The notes under the pieces are model-generated. The model worked only from the letters and a program-made list of their open reading frames with translations. It was not told where the DNA came from and ran no database searches. Shown piece by piece: positions 54,026 to 62,798 of a stretch of DNA of 64,000 nucleotides. The DNA comes from an uncultured Acidobacteriota bacterium (GTDB lineage Bacteria; Acidobacteriota; Thermoanaerobaculia; UBA5066; Gp7-AA6), in NCBI GenBank assembly GCA_963775725.1, contig CAVZKA010000001.1:740309-804308 (forward strand), written 5' to 3'. Position 1 is the stretch's first letter. Each line of letters begins with the position of its first letter. The translations under genes and the position numbers were made by a program.

Positions 54026-55426
54026 TCACGGTACCTGGGGCATCGTGCGCGGCATCTCCGCGCGCTTCGGGTTCATCACGGAGGCATTGGCCGGACTCTC
54101 GATGCGCGGATTGGTGCGCGTCGTCGAGATCCAGCGCGAGAGCCAGACGCCGCCGAGCACCGCCGCGAGAGCGCCGAGCAGCAGGAAGGCCCGCGGAAAC
54201 CGGCCCGGCGGCCGCGCCCGGGAGAGCGCGGCGCCGGCAACCGCGAGGGGCGTCGCGAGCGCCAGCAGCGGCAGGCCGAAGCGGCCTTCGACCTCGACGG
54301 GCAGGTAGAGCGCGAGACAGGCCCCGGCGACGAGCCCGGAGCTCAAGACGACGAAGGTGCCCGGGGTCAGCTCGCGGCGCCGCAGGATCCGCCCGACGCC
54401 GGCGAGGGCCCCGGCCAGCGCCCCGTACACGAGCAGGTAGCTGAAGATCGAGAGCGGCCAGCGGTACCAGGGCGCGAGGTCCGTCACGTACGTGAACGGA
54501 AGATCGGGGTCGACCATCCCGAACCCGTGGAGCGCGAGCGTCGCGAGGTAGTGCAGGGGATGGTGGCGCAGGAAGAGCGCCGGCGTCGCGTCGCCGCGGT
54601 AGAGCGGGTTCACGTAGACGAGAAACGGCGACTGGTCCGGCTGCACGAGCGTCGCGTACTTGAGCGCGCCCATGCCCCAGTTCGCCTGCTGCCGGTAGAG
54701 GTCCTTCTCGATGAGCGGGCTGAAGGTCCCGAAGAGGCGGTGGTTGATGAGGACCTGCGGGAGCAGGGGCGGGACGAGGCCGGCGATCGCCGCGCCCACG
54801 CCCGCGAGCCCGACGTCGCGCCAGCGGATCGCGCGGATCGCCCACACCAGCGCGAGGGCGGCGACCACCACGATGTTCGCGGGGCGCACCGCGACGCCCG
54901 CGGCGGCGAAGAAGAAGGAAAGGAAGATCTGGAGCAGTGGCGCGCGCGGCCGCTCGTGCGCGGGCGCCTTCCACGCGAGCGCGACGCTCGCCAGGATCAG
55001 CGCCGCGGAGAGCAGGTCGGAGAGCGGCTCGGCCGTGTGGAGGAGCAGGATCGGATTGAGGGCGCCGAGGACGTACGCCGCCGCGCCCAGCCGCGGCGAG
55101 TCGAAGACGGCGGCGACCTTGCGGCCGACGTACGCGCAGGCGGCAAGCCACGCGACCCACTGTACGGCGAAGACGATGAGGCGCAGCTCCTCCTGCGGCA
55201 CGGCGCGAAATCCCGCCACGGCCGCGAGGAAGAGCGGATACCCGTACGTGCGGATGTCGGTCGGCCACGCCAGCAGTCCCTGCGTGCGGATGATCTCGGC
55301 GAGGTAGTGGTAGCCCCAGGAATCGTAGATGAGGGTCGGGTAGGCCTCGGCGAAGAAGAAGCAGGCGATGCCGGCCGAGGCGAGGGTCGCTCCGAGGACG
55401 GCGTGCCGGCTCCTCACGCCGCGATC
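54026..55426 (-). CDS. Polytopic membrane protein, possibly a GT-C-type glycosyltransferase (more than 10 TM)
   Basis: GTG start at ~55426 (VRSRHAVLGATLASAGIACFFFAEAYPTLIYDSWGYHYLAEII...). It is the hydrophobic C-terminal 466 aa of track ORF 54026..56809. Confidence 0.45.
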   Translation of the reverse strand, partial: DRGVRSRHAVLGATLASAGIACFFFAEAYPTLIYDSWGYHYLAEIIRTQGLLAWPTDIRTYGYPLFLAAVAGFRAVPQEELRLIVFAVQWVAWLAACAYVGRKVAAVFDSPRLGAAAYVLGALNPILLLHTAEPLSDLLSAALILASVALAWKAPAHERPRAPLLQIFLSFFFAAAGVAVRPANIVVVAALALVWAIRAIRWRDVGLAGVGAAIAGLVPPLLPQVLINHRLFGTFSPLIEKDLYRQQANWGMGALKYATLVQPDQSPFLVYVNPLYRGDATPALFLRHHPLHYLATLALHGFGMVDPDLPFTYVTDLAPWYRWPLSIFSYLLVYGALAGALAGVGRILRRRELTPGTFVVLSSGLVAGACLALYLPVEVEGRFGLPLLALATPLAVAGAALSRARPPGRFPRAFLLLGALAAVLGGVWLSRWISTTRTNPRIESPANASVMNPKRAEMPRTMPQVP

Positions 55427-56190
55427 TCTCCCGGACCGCGAAAGCGCAGGAGCCGGTAGCCGTACGCGCCCGAGCGGTACAGCTCCCGGTAGGCCGCGCC
55501 GCTCTCGAGCAGCCCGTCGATCGCTGCGGCCTCGACGCCGAGCTCCGCCTCGATGGCTTCGCGGTGCTTCGGGATGCGCGCGAGGAAATAATCGACGGTC
55601 GGCGCCGCGGCGTCGGACAGATCGAGCACCTCCTGGAGCCGGAATCCCGCTCCCGCGGCCGCCGCGAGAAAGCGATCGAGGCGGGGAAGGCTCTGCGGCC
55701 GGTCGACGGCCGCAATCGCGAACTCGTCGAGCACGAGGACCGTCGCGTGCGCAGCGGCCAGGCCCCGGACCTTGCGGAAGAGCGTCTCGCTTTCGATGTA
55801 CTGCGAGGACTCCTGGAAGAGCACGATGTCGAATCGGCCCGGAGGATCGAACGCCTCGAGCGGTGTCGTGTGGACGCGGATGCGCGACCCGAACCGTTCG
55901 GCCGCGGCCGCCGCCTGGACCGCGTCCGGCGTGATGCCCTCGGCGTCGTAGCCGAGCGCTGACAGGCGCGCGAGCGTGGTCCCGAGGCCGACCCCCACTT
56001 CCAGCAGGTGCGCGGGCGCGGGAGGCAGGCGGGACAGGAGCAGCGCGGTGGAGCGCTCCTGGGCCGCGGCGATCGAGTCGCCGGGCGCCTCGAAGAAGCC
56101 GTAGTGCATGCTCTCCGCGCGTCCCTCTTCCCGCGTCAGGACGTTCAGGAGCACGTTCAGGGGAAAGGGGAAGTCGCGGTACCGCAACAC
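55414..56190 (-). CDS. Class I SAM-dependent methyltransferase
   Basis: Motif I in HLLEVGVGLGTTLARLSALGYDAEGITPD, and the post-I acidic residue region IVLFQESSQYI. Overlaps the downstream membrane-protein start by ~13 nt. Confidence 0.65.
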   Translation of the reverse strand: MLRYRDFPFPLNVLLNVLTREEGRAESMHYGFFEAPGDSIAAAQERSTALLLSRLPPAPAHLLEVGVGLGTTLARLSALGYDAEGITPDAVQAAAAAERFGSRIRVHTTPLEAFDPPGRFDIVLFQESSQYIESETLFRKVRGLAAAHATVLVLDEFAIAAVDRPQSLPRLDRFLAAAAGAGFRLQEVLDLSDAAAPTVDYFLARIPKHREAIEAELGVEAAAIDGLLESGAAYRELYRSGAYGYRLLRFRGPGEIAA

Positions 56191-56239
56191 AGGCGGAGGA
56201 TCTTATCGGAAGGACCGGATAAGCTTGGCGCAGCCGCCG

Positions 56240-57190
56240 ATGATCCCTCTCTCCGACATCCGCGCCGCGGCCCTGAGGCTCGCGGGGCGCGTTCATCGCA
56301 CGCCGCTCGTGTCGTCGATCCTGCTCGGCGAGCGGGCGGGCGCGCGGCTGTTCTTGAAGTGCGAGAGCTTTCAGAAGACGGGCTCCTTCAAAGCGCGCGG
56401 CGCGCTCAACAAGGTTCTGTCGTTGCCCGACGCCGATCGCGCGCGCGGGCTCGTCACGGTCTCGGCGGGCAACCACGCGGCGGCCGTCGCGTGGGCGGCG
56501 CGCGAGGCCGGCTGTTCGGCGGTCGTCGTCATGCCCACCGACGCGCCGCGCTCCAAGATCGCCGCGGTCCGGGGCTATGGCGCGGAGATCGTGCTCCATC
56601 CCGACCGGCCGACGCTCTTCGACAAGCTGCACGAGGTGCGGGACGCCCGCGGCCTGACCTTCGTCCATCCCTTCGACGACCCGGTGCTGCTCGCCGGCGC
56701 GGGTACGGCGGGCCTCGAGATCGCCGAGGAGTTTCCGGACGTCGAGGTCGTCGTCGTGCCCGTCGGCGGAGGCGGCCTGCTCGGCGGGGTCGCCTCGGCC
56801 GTGAAGCAACTGCTTCCCGGCGCGCGCGTCGTCGCCGTCGAGCTCGCCGACGGGCCGGGCCTCGCGCCGGCACTCGCGGCCGGCAAGCCGGTCCCGGTCA
56901 CGCGGCCCGCGACGCTCGCCGACGGCATGACGCCGCCCTTCGTCGGCGCGCTGCCGCTCGCGATTGCGCTGGAAGCGGTGGACCAGATCGTGACCGTGAC
57001 CGAGGAGGAGATCCGCGAGGGGATGCGCCTGCTGATGACGCGGGCAAAGCTCTACGTCGAGGGATCCGGCGCGGCGGCCGCGGGGGCGTTGATCGCGGGA
57101 AAGATCGCGTTTGCGCCCGGAACGCGCGTCGTCGCGCTCGTGTCGGGCGGGAACGTGGACCTGGATCGAATCGCCACGCTGATCCGGTAA
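56240..57190 (+). CDS. PLP-dependent threonine/serine dehydratase family enzyme
   Basis: From MIPLSDIRAAALRLAGRVHRTPLV inside track ORF 56108..57190. PLP-Lys motif ESFQKTGSFKARGA. Gly-rich loop VVPVGGGGLLGG. ~316 aa. Confidence 0.8.
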   Translation: MIPLSDIRAAALRLAGRVHRTPLVSSILLGERAGARLFLKCESFQKTGSFKARGALNKVLSLPDADRARGLVTVSAGNHAAAVAWAAREAGCSAVVVMPTDAPRSKIAAVRGYGAEIVLHPDRPTLFDKLHEVRDARGLTFVHPFDDPVLLAGAGTAGLEIAEEFPDVEVVVVPVGGGGLLGGVASAVKQLLPGARVVAVELADGPGLAPALAAGKPVPVTRPATLADGMTPPFVGALPLAIALEAVDQIVTVTEEEIREGMRLLMTRAKLYVEGSGAAAAGALIAGKIAFAPGTRVVALVSGGNVDLDRIATLIR

Positions 57191-57223
57191 GTGGCCGCGA
57201 GCGATTGGTCCGTTCGTTCGATC

Positions 57224-57583
57224 TCAGGCCGTCCGCGCCGCCGCGGCCCGGTGCTTCTGCGTCGCATACCCGACGATCGCTCCGACGAGCGCGCCCGGCA
57301 GCATGATCTCGAAGTAGTAGTGCTTCCCGTTCGGGTCGGGCATCGCCGCGACGATCCACGCGAGCAGCAGACCGACGCCGAGCCCGAACAGAACGCCGAG
57401 CGACAGCGAATTCACCTTTCGGGCGAAGAAGCCGATCGAGACGCCCGCGATCAGGCCCTTGAACGTCGAGCCGATGACGATGCCCACGAGCTGGTTGCGC
57501 ACCTCCGGCGTGAAGTAGGCCGTCAGCCCGTCGAAAATGCCCAGGACGCCCCCGAGAATCAGTCCGAACAGCGGTTTGCTCAT
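57224..57583 (-). CDS. Small membrane protein (4 TM), last gene of the sigma-kinase operon
   Basis: MSKPLFGLILGGVLGIFDGLTAYF...LVGIVIGSTFKGLIAGVSIGFFA...LGVLFGLGVGLLLAWIVAA...MLPGALVGAIVGYA. GGAGGCG lies ~10 nt upstream. Confidence 0.5.
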   Translation of the reverse strand: MSKPLFGLILGGVLGIFDGLTAYFTPEVRNQLVGIVIGSTFKGLIAGVSIGFFARKVNSLSLGVLFGLGVGLLLAWIVAAMPDPNGKHYYFEIMLPGALVGAIVGYATQKHRAAAARTA

Positions 57584-57630
57584 AGATGTGTCGCCTCCAC
57601 CCTCTCTATTCAACGCGACTCGGGAATCCT

Positions 57631-58662
57631 TTAACGCCTTCCGTACAGGAGAAGGACCGTGCGCGCGACGAGGTACGCGAGCACGATCAGGATCGGGGCC
57701 TGGTAGCGCGTGAAGAAGCGTCGTGCGCGCTCGAAGAGATCTTCGTGGTGCGCGCGCACGCGCTCGCCGTCGAGGAACCGGCCGACTTCGGCGGCGACCT
57801 CGGCGGCGCCGTCGTAGCGCGCGGCGGGATCGGCCGCCATCGCGCGCAGGACGACCGACTCGAGCGGGCGCGGGATTCCGGCGTCGATGCGCCGCGGGGG
57901 AAGGGGCGCGAGCCGGGCCTCGCCGCGCGCCCGCCGCCCGGCAGACGCGTCGTCGAAGGGCGCGCGCCCGGTCAGCAGGAAGTGGAGGATCGCCCCGAGC
58001 GCGTAGACGTCCGCGGCCGTCCCCGTGCGTTCGGCGGATCCCTCCGCCTGCTCGGGCGCCATGTAGGCGAGCGTCCCGATGACCTGCCCGTCCGCCGTCC
58101 CCGGAGCCGCCGGCGCCGACCGGGCCGCGGGCGTCCCATCCGGGTCGGTGAGGACCTTTGCCACGCCCCAGTCCATGACGAGCACCTCGCCGAAAGCGCC
58201 GATCATCACGTTCTCGGGTTTCAGGTCCCGGTGCACGACGCCGTGCGCGTGCGCGAAGGCGACGGTCTCGCAGATGCGGCGGAATGCGCGCAGCCGCTCG
58301 GGCAGCGCCATCTTCGGCGCGAGCTCGTCGAGGCGCTTGCCGTCCACGCGCTTCATCGCGTAATAGACGCGGCCGTCCGGGAGCATGCCGGCGTCGTGCA
58401 CCGGCACGATCCCCGGGTGCTCGAGCCGCGCGATGACCCGCGCCTCCGCCCGCAGGCGCTCGACGGTGTCCGGCCGCGCCGCCGCGGTCGCGACGACTTT
58501 CAGCGCCACCTTGCGGCCGAGGACCGTGTCTTCGGCGAGGTAGACCGTGGACATCCCGCCGTGCCCGAGCTCGTCGAGCGGGCGATACTTCGTCTCGCCG
58601 AGGTCCGGCCACTCGGCGACGCGCTTCAGGTGCCGGACGGTCTCGTCGGAGAGCCACCTCAT
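57631..58662 (-). CDS. Ser/Thr protein kinase with a C-terminal transmembrane anchor
   Basis: From MRWLSDETVRHLKRVAEW inside track ORF 57631..58911. Motifs LGHGGMSTVYLA, VALKVV, HRDLKPENVMI, DWGVAK (DFG variant), GTLAYMAPEQ. C-terminal TM helix APILIVLAYLVARTVLLLY. Confidence 0.75.
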   Translation of the reverse strand: MRWLSDETVRHLKRVAEWPDLGETKYRPLDELGHGGMSTVYLAEDTVLGRKVALKVVATAAARPDTVERLRAEARVIARLEHPGIVPVHDAGMLPDGRVYYAMKRVDGKRLDELAPKMALPERLRAFRRICETVAFAHAHGVVHRDLKPENVMIGAFGEVLVMDWGVAKVLTDPDGTPAARSAPAAPGTADGQVIGTLAYMAPEQAEGSAERTGTAADVYALGAILHFLLTGRAPFDDASAGRRARGEARLAPLPPRRIDAGIPRPLESVVLRAMAADPAARYDGAAEVAAEVGRFLDGERVRAHHEDLFERARRFFTRYQAPILIVLAYLVARTVLLLYGRR

Positions 58663-59408
58663 TCCGAGACTCCGAGCAGGCTCTTTGCCTCGTCCCGGAA
58701 CTCGCGGTCGCTCGTCGTGATCTCGCGCAGCTTCTCGAGGACGATGCGCCGGAACTCGCGGCGCGCGAAGGCGAGGAAGTTCGTGACCTGCGTGACGGGA
58801 ATGTGCAGCTCCTCGGCCAGGCGGTCGTACGTGAGCCGCTCCTCCGGGTCGCGGTCGAGCTCGTAGCGCTCGAAGAGCAGGAAGGGCAGGTCCTTGCCGC
58901 GCAATGCGCACTCCTCGCGCAGCGTCTCGACCGAGAGCACGAACAGGCTGCGTACGAACTCGTCGTGGAAGTACTGGTCCATCGTCCGGCCGGCGGCGGG
59001 CGCGCCGCGCGCGATCTCACTCTCGGCGACGTCGAAGTCGAGCGGGACGACCGGCGATCCCGGCGAGCGCTTCTGCCGCAGCGCGGCCTTCCTTTCGTTG
59101 GCGACGTACCGGTCGAGGCAGACGCGCAGGTAGGTGCGGAAGCTGCCTTTCTCCGGTTCGTAGGCCGCGAAGAACTCCTTCTCGAGCGCCCGCGCGAAGA
59201 AGCCCTGGGTCAGGTCCTTGGCTTCCTCGTTGCCTTCGCGGTGGCGGATCCGAAGGTACTTGTAGATGGGCTTCCAGTAGGCGGCGACCAGGATCGAGAG
59301 CCCGCGCTCGCGCTCGATGAGGTCGCCGCTCTGCGCGGCGAGGACGGCGGAATGCCGCGTCGCCGGGAACTTGCCCGAACCCTCCCCGATGCCGGTGTCG
59401 TCGACCAT
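58659..59408 (-). CDS. ECF-type sigma-70 family RNA polymerase sigma factor, extended ~250 aa form
   Basis: From MVDDTGIGEGSG (internal Met of track ORF 58659..59465). Sigma-2-like ILVAAYWKPIYKYLRIRH...AKDLTQGFFARALEK. Sigma-4-like RLTYDRLAEELHIPVTQVTNFLAFARREFRR. Its stop overlaps the kinase start (ATGA). Confidence 0.65.
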   Translation of the reverse strand: MVDDTGIGEGSGKFPATRHSAVLAAQSGDLIERERGLSILVAAYWKPIYKYLRIRHREGNEEAKDLTQGFFARALEKEFFAAYEPEKGSFRTYLRVCLDRYVANERKAALRQKRSPGSPVVPLDFDVAESEIARGAPAAGRTMDQYFHDEFVRSLFVLSVETLREECALRGKDLPFLLFERYELDRDPEERLTYDRLAEELHIPVTQVTNFLAFARREFRRIVLEKLREITTSDREFRDEAKSLLGVSE

Positions 59409-59424
59409 GGACGCGGTATATCGT

Positions 59425-59853
59425 ATGAGGGTGACGCCGGAAGCGACAGCGGTAGCCGACGCCAACCTCGCCTTTTATCGCGCCCTCGAGGCCCGCGACC
59501 TCGAGACCATGGCCAGGGTCTGGTACCACGACGAGTCCGTCAGCTGCGTTCACCCCGGCTGGCACCGCCTGGACGGGTGGGACGAGGTCGAGCGGTCCTG
59601 GGAGAACATTTTCACCAATTCGCGGCCCTGGGCAGTCTCCTGCGAGGACATCCGCATCGCGCTCGCCGGTGACCTCGCGTGGGTCACGTGCGTCGAGGTC
59701 ATCGTTCCGTTCGGTGCGGAGGAGGAGTCGGAGGCCGCGCGGATGCAGGCCACCAACCTGTTCGGACGGGTGGACGGAGAGTGGCGCCTGGTTCACCATC
59801 ACGCTTCGCCCTCGCCGACCGGAGAGGGGATCCCGGAGGAGCCGGTCAACTAA
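59425..59853 (+). CDS. NTF2-like (SnoaL/DUF4440-type) protein, divergent from the sigma factor gene
   Basis: Start at MRVTPEATAVADANLAFYRALEARDLETMARVW. An alternative ATG at 59407 would overlap the sigma ATG within CCATGG. Has the typical NTF2 topology ...DGEWRLVHHHASP. Confidence 0.55.
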   Translation: MRVTPEATAVADANLAFYRALEARDLETMARVWYHDESVSCVHPGWHRLDGWDEVERSWENIFTNSRPWAVSCEDIRIALAGDLAWVTCVEVIVPFGAEEESEAARMQATNLFGRVDGEWRLVHHHASPSPTGEGIPEEPVN

Positions 59854-59874
59854 TTTGATTCGCGGAGGGCTGGG

Positions 59875-60870
59875 ATGAGGATTCTGAAGGTCCTGGGTTG
59901 GATCGTCGCTGCGCTCGTGGTCGCCGCCGGGAGCCTCCTCGCATGGCTCGCGCTGCGCTCTCCCGACCGGCTGCCGCCTTCCACCGAGAAGGTCGCGCCG
60001 ACGCCCGAGCGCCTGGCGCGCGGCAAGTACCTGGTCCGTCACGTCGCGGACTGCCTGCCCTGCCACTCCGACGTCCTCGGGGACCGCTTCGCCATTCCCA
60101 TCAAGCCGGGCACCGAGGGCCAGGGCGGCTTTGCCTTCGACAAGAAGCTCGGCGTGCCGGGACGCGTGCAGGCGCAGAACATCACGCCGGATCCGGAGTT
60201 CGGCATCGGCTCCTGGTCGGACGGCGAGGTCATGCGGGCCGTGCGCGAGGGCGTCGACCGCAAGGGCAGGGCCCTCTTCCCGATGATGCCGTACGCCGGG
60301 TTTCACAGGTTGAGCGACGAAGACATGCGCTCGATCCTGGTCTACCTGCGGACGTTGAAGCCCATACACCACGAGGTCGCGCCGCGGCAGCTCGACTTCC
60401 CGGTCAACCTGCTCGTCAAGTTCTCCCCGAAACCGATCACCGCGCCCGTCCCGGCGCCGGATCCGAAGGACACCCTGGCCTACGGCAAGTATCTCGTCAC
60501 GATCGCGGGCTGCCGCGACTGTCACACGCCGCACGACGACAAGGGCCAGCTCGTCCCCGGGATGGACTACTCGGGAGGATGGCTGATGGTCGGCCCCTGG
60601 GGACGCGTCGTGTCGGCTAACATCACCCCCGATCCGGACAACTTCATGGGGCAGACGACCCGCGAGGCGTTCATCGGCCGGTTCAAGGCCTTCGAAGGCC
60701 TCGATGCCGGCACCTCGCCGGTCGCGTTGCCGGGCAGGAACACGGTCATGGGGTGGTCGCGCTACGCGGGCATGACCCCCGAGGACCTCGGCGCGATCTA
60801 CGACTACCTGAAGACCGTCAAGCCCATCAAGAAGAAGATCAACCCCTTCCCGGACGCGAAGACAGAGTGA
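59875..60870 (+). CDS. Membrane-anchored diheme cytochrome c
   Basis: N-terminal TM/signal MRILKVLGWIVAALVVAAGSLLAWLAL. Two heme-binding sites: CLPCHS and CRDCHT. Confidence 0.75.
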   Translation: MRILKVLGWIVAALVVAAGSLLAWLALRSPDRLPPSTEKVAPTPERLARGKYLVRHVADCLPCHSDVLGDRFAIPIKPGTEGQGGFAFDKKLGVPGRVQAQNITPDPEFGIGSWSDGEVMRAVREGVDRKGRALFPMMPYAGFHRLSDEDMRSILVYLRTLKPIHHEVAPRQLDFPVNLLVKFSPKPITAPVPAPDPKDTLAYGKYLVTIAGCRDCHTPHDDKGQLVPGMDYSGGWLMVGPWGRVVSANITPDPDNFMGQTTREAFIGRFKAFEGLDAGTSPVALPGRNTVMGWSRYAGMTPEDLGAIYDYLKTVKPIKKKINPFPDAKTE

Positions 60871-60895
60871 TGGCGACACGAGTTCAGGGCGCTCC

Positions 60896-61864
60896 ATGAA
60901 GGCCGTCCGCGTCCACGCGCCCGGCGGCCCGGAGGTCCTGTGTTACGAGGACGTGCCCGAGCCGCAGCCGAAATCGGGCGAGGCGGTCGTGCGCGTCGAG
61001 GCGGCCGGCCTCAACTTCATCGACGTCTACTACCGCACGGGGCTCTATCCGCAGGCGTTGCCGTTCACGCTCGGCCGGGAGGGCTCGGGCACGGTGCTCT
61101 CTGTCGGCGCGGGCGTGAAGGACCTCGCCCCGGGCGACCGGGTCGCCTGGGCGGCCGTCCTCGGCGCCTACGCCGAGCAGGCGGCGGCGCCCGCGGAGAG
61201 CCTCGTGAAGCTGCCCGACGGCGTCGACACGAAGCAGGGCGCCGCGGCGATGCTGCAGGGCATGACCGCGCACTACCTGGCGCGCGCGGTCTACCCGCTG
61301 AAGCCCGGCGACACCTGCCTCGTGCATGCGGCCGCCGGCGGCGTGGGGCTCCTGCTGACCCAGATCGCGAAGATCTGCGGGGCGCGCGTGATCGGGACCG
61401 TCTCGACCGAGGAGAAGGCGAAGCTCGCGCGCGCGGCGGGAGCGGACGAGACGATCGACTACACGCGGCAGGACTTCGTCGCGGAAGTGCGGCGGATCTC
61501 GGACGGCGCGGGAGTCCAGGTCGTCTACGATTCGGTCGGCAGGACGACGTTCGAGAAGGGATTCGAGTGCCTCGCCCCGCGCGGCATGATGGCGCTCTTC
61601 GGCCAGTCGAGCGGGCCCGTCGCCCCCTTCGACCCCCAGGTCCTGTCGCAGCGCGGCTCCCTCTTCCTGACGCGGCCCACCCTCTTCCACTACATCGCGA
61701 CCCGCGCGGAGCTCGTCGCGCGCGCCGGCGAGGTGCTGTCCTGGATCCGGGACGGGCGGCTCAAGTTGCGGATCGGCCGGGAGTTCCCGCTCGCGGAAGC
61801 CGCCGACGCCCACCGCGCCCTCGAGGGCCGCCGGACGACCGGCAAGGTCCTGCTCATCCCCTGA
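60896..61864 (+). CDS. qor: NADPH:quinone oxidoreductase (MDR superfamily, Qor-like)
   Basis: MKAVRVHAPGGPEVLCYEDVPEPQP... with cofactor motif VHAAAGGVGLLLTQIAK. ~322 aa. Confidence 0.8.
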   Translation: MKAVRVHAPGGPEVLCYEDVPEPQPKSGEAVVRVEAAGLNFIDVYYRTGLYPQALPFTLGREGSGTVLSVGAGVKDLAPGDRVAWAAVLGAYAEQAAAPAESLVKLPDGVDTKQGAAAMLQGMTAHYLARAVYPLKPGDTCLVHAAAGGVGLLLTQIAKICGARVIGTVSTEEKAKLARAAGADETIDYTRQDFVAEVRRISDGAGVQVVYDSVGRTTFEKGFECLAPRGMMALFGQSSGPVAPFDPQVLSQRGSLFLTRPTLFHYIATRAELVARAGEVLSWIRDGRLKLRIGREFPLAEAADAHRALEGRRTTGKVLLIP

Positions 61865-61937
61865 ACGAGCGGCACGCCGGATGTGAAATGATTCCGGCAG
61901 AATCCACGCGCATCCGGCTCGATCGAGGTGACGCACC

Positions 61938-62798
61938 GTGATCCTCGTGACTGGCGCAACGGGAAAGGTCGGACAGGAAGTCGTCCGCCAGCTCGCGGCC
62001 GCCGGAGTCCCGGCGCGCGCGCTGGTGCGCGAACCCGCCGGCGCTTCGCACATCCGGATCCCGGGAGTCGACATCGTCGTCGGGGACCTGTCGAAGCCCG
62101 AGACGCTCGGTCCCGCATTCGCGGGGGTCGACCGCGTCTTCCTGCTGACCCCGGCCGCGCCCGACCAGGTGGACCTCCAGGCGAATGCGCTCGCGGCGGC
62201 GCTGCGCGGCGGCGTCCAGCGCATCGTCAAGGTCTCGGTCGCGGGCGGGCCGGACGCGGGCACGCAGATCGGGCGCTGGCACTGGGCGACCGAGAAGCAG
62301 ATCGAGGCCTCCGGGCTCGACTTCACGTTCCTGCGTCCGACGCTCTTCATGCAGCAGATGTGCGCCTACGCGCCCTCGATCGCGGCGCGCGGCACGTTCT
62401 CGGCCCCTATGGGCACGGGCGAGATCGCGCTCGTGGACACGCGGGACGTCGCCGCGGTCGCCGTCTGCGCCCTCATGGAGGACGGCCACAGCCATCACAT
62501 CTACGACCTCACGGGGCCCGAGGCACTCTCCTACGACGCGGTCGCCGACGCGATCTCGGAAGCGCTCGGCAGGAAGGTGGCCTACGTCCACGTGCCGCCC
62601 GAGTACGCGAAGAAGCAGATGCTCGCCGACGGCGTGCCGCGCTGGCTCGCCGACGACATGATCATCCTCTTCGCGTCGTTCCGCGAGGGCTACGGCGCCG
62701 GGGTGACGAACACGGTCGCCGAGGTCACGAAGAGAAAGGCGCACACCTTCCGGCAGTTCGCGAAGGACCATGCCCGCGTGTTCTCCGAGGGGAAATGA
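61938..62798 (+). CDS. NmrA-like / atypical SDR NAD(P)-binding protein
   Basis: GTG start. N-terminal Rossmann motif (M)ILVTGATGKVGQEVVRQL. The classical YxxxK is absent, consistent with the NmrA family. Confidence 0.75.
   Translation: MILVTGATGKVGQEVVRQLAAAGVPARALVREPAGASHIRIPGVDIVVGDLSKPETLGPAFAGVDRVFLLTPAAPDQVDLQANALAAALRGGVQRIVKVSVAGGPDAGTQIGRWHWATEKQIEASGLDFTFLRPTLFMQQMCAYAPSIAARGTFSAPMGTGEIALVDTRDVAAVAVCALMEDGHSHHIYDLTGPEALSYDAVADAISEALGRKVAYVHVPPEYAKKQMLADGVPRWLADDMIILFASFREGYGAGVTNTVAEVTKRKAHTFRQFAKDHARVFSEGK

Noticed and set aside
51808-57359. ORFs 51808..53622 (-), 52152..54308 (+), 54000..55715 (-), 54527..55459 (+), 56008..57306 (+), 57224..59020 (-, 598 aa) and similar
   Set aside because: Each is a high-GC composite overlapping accepted genes in another frame. 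The accepted frames carry SxxK, SAM motif I, PLP-lysine or kinase motifs, and the rejected ones do not.
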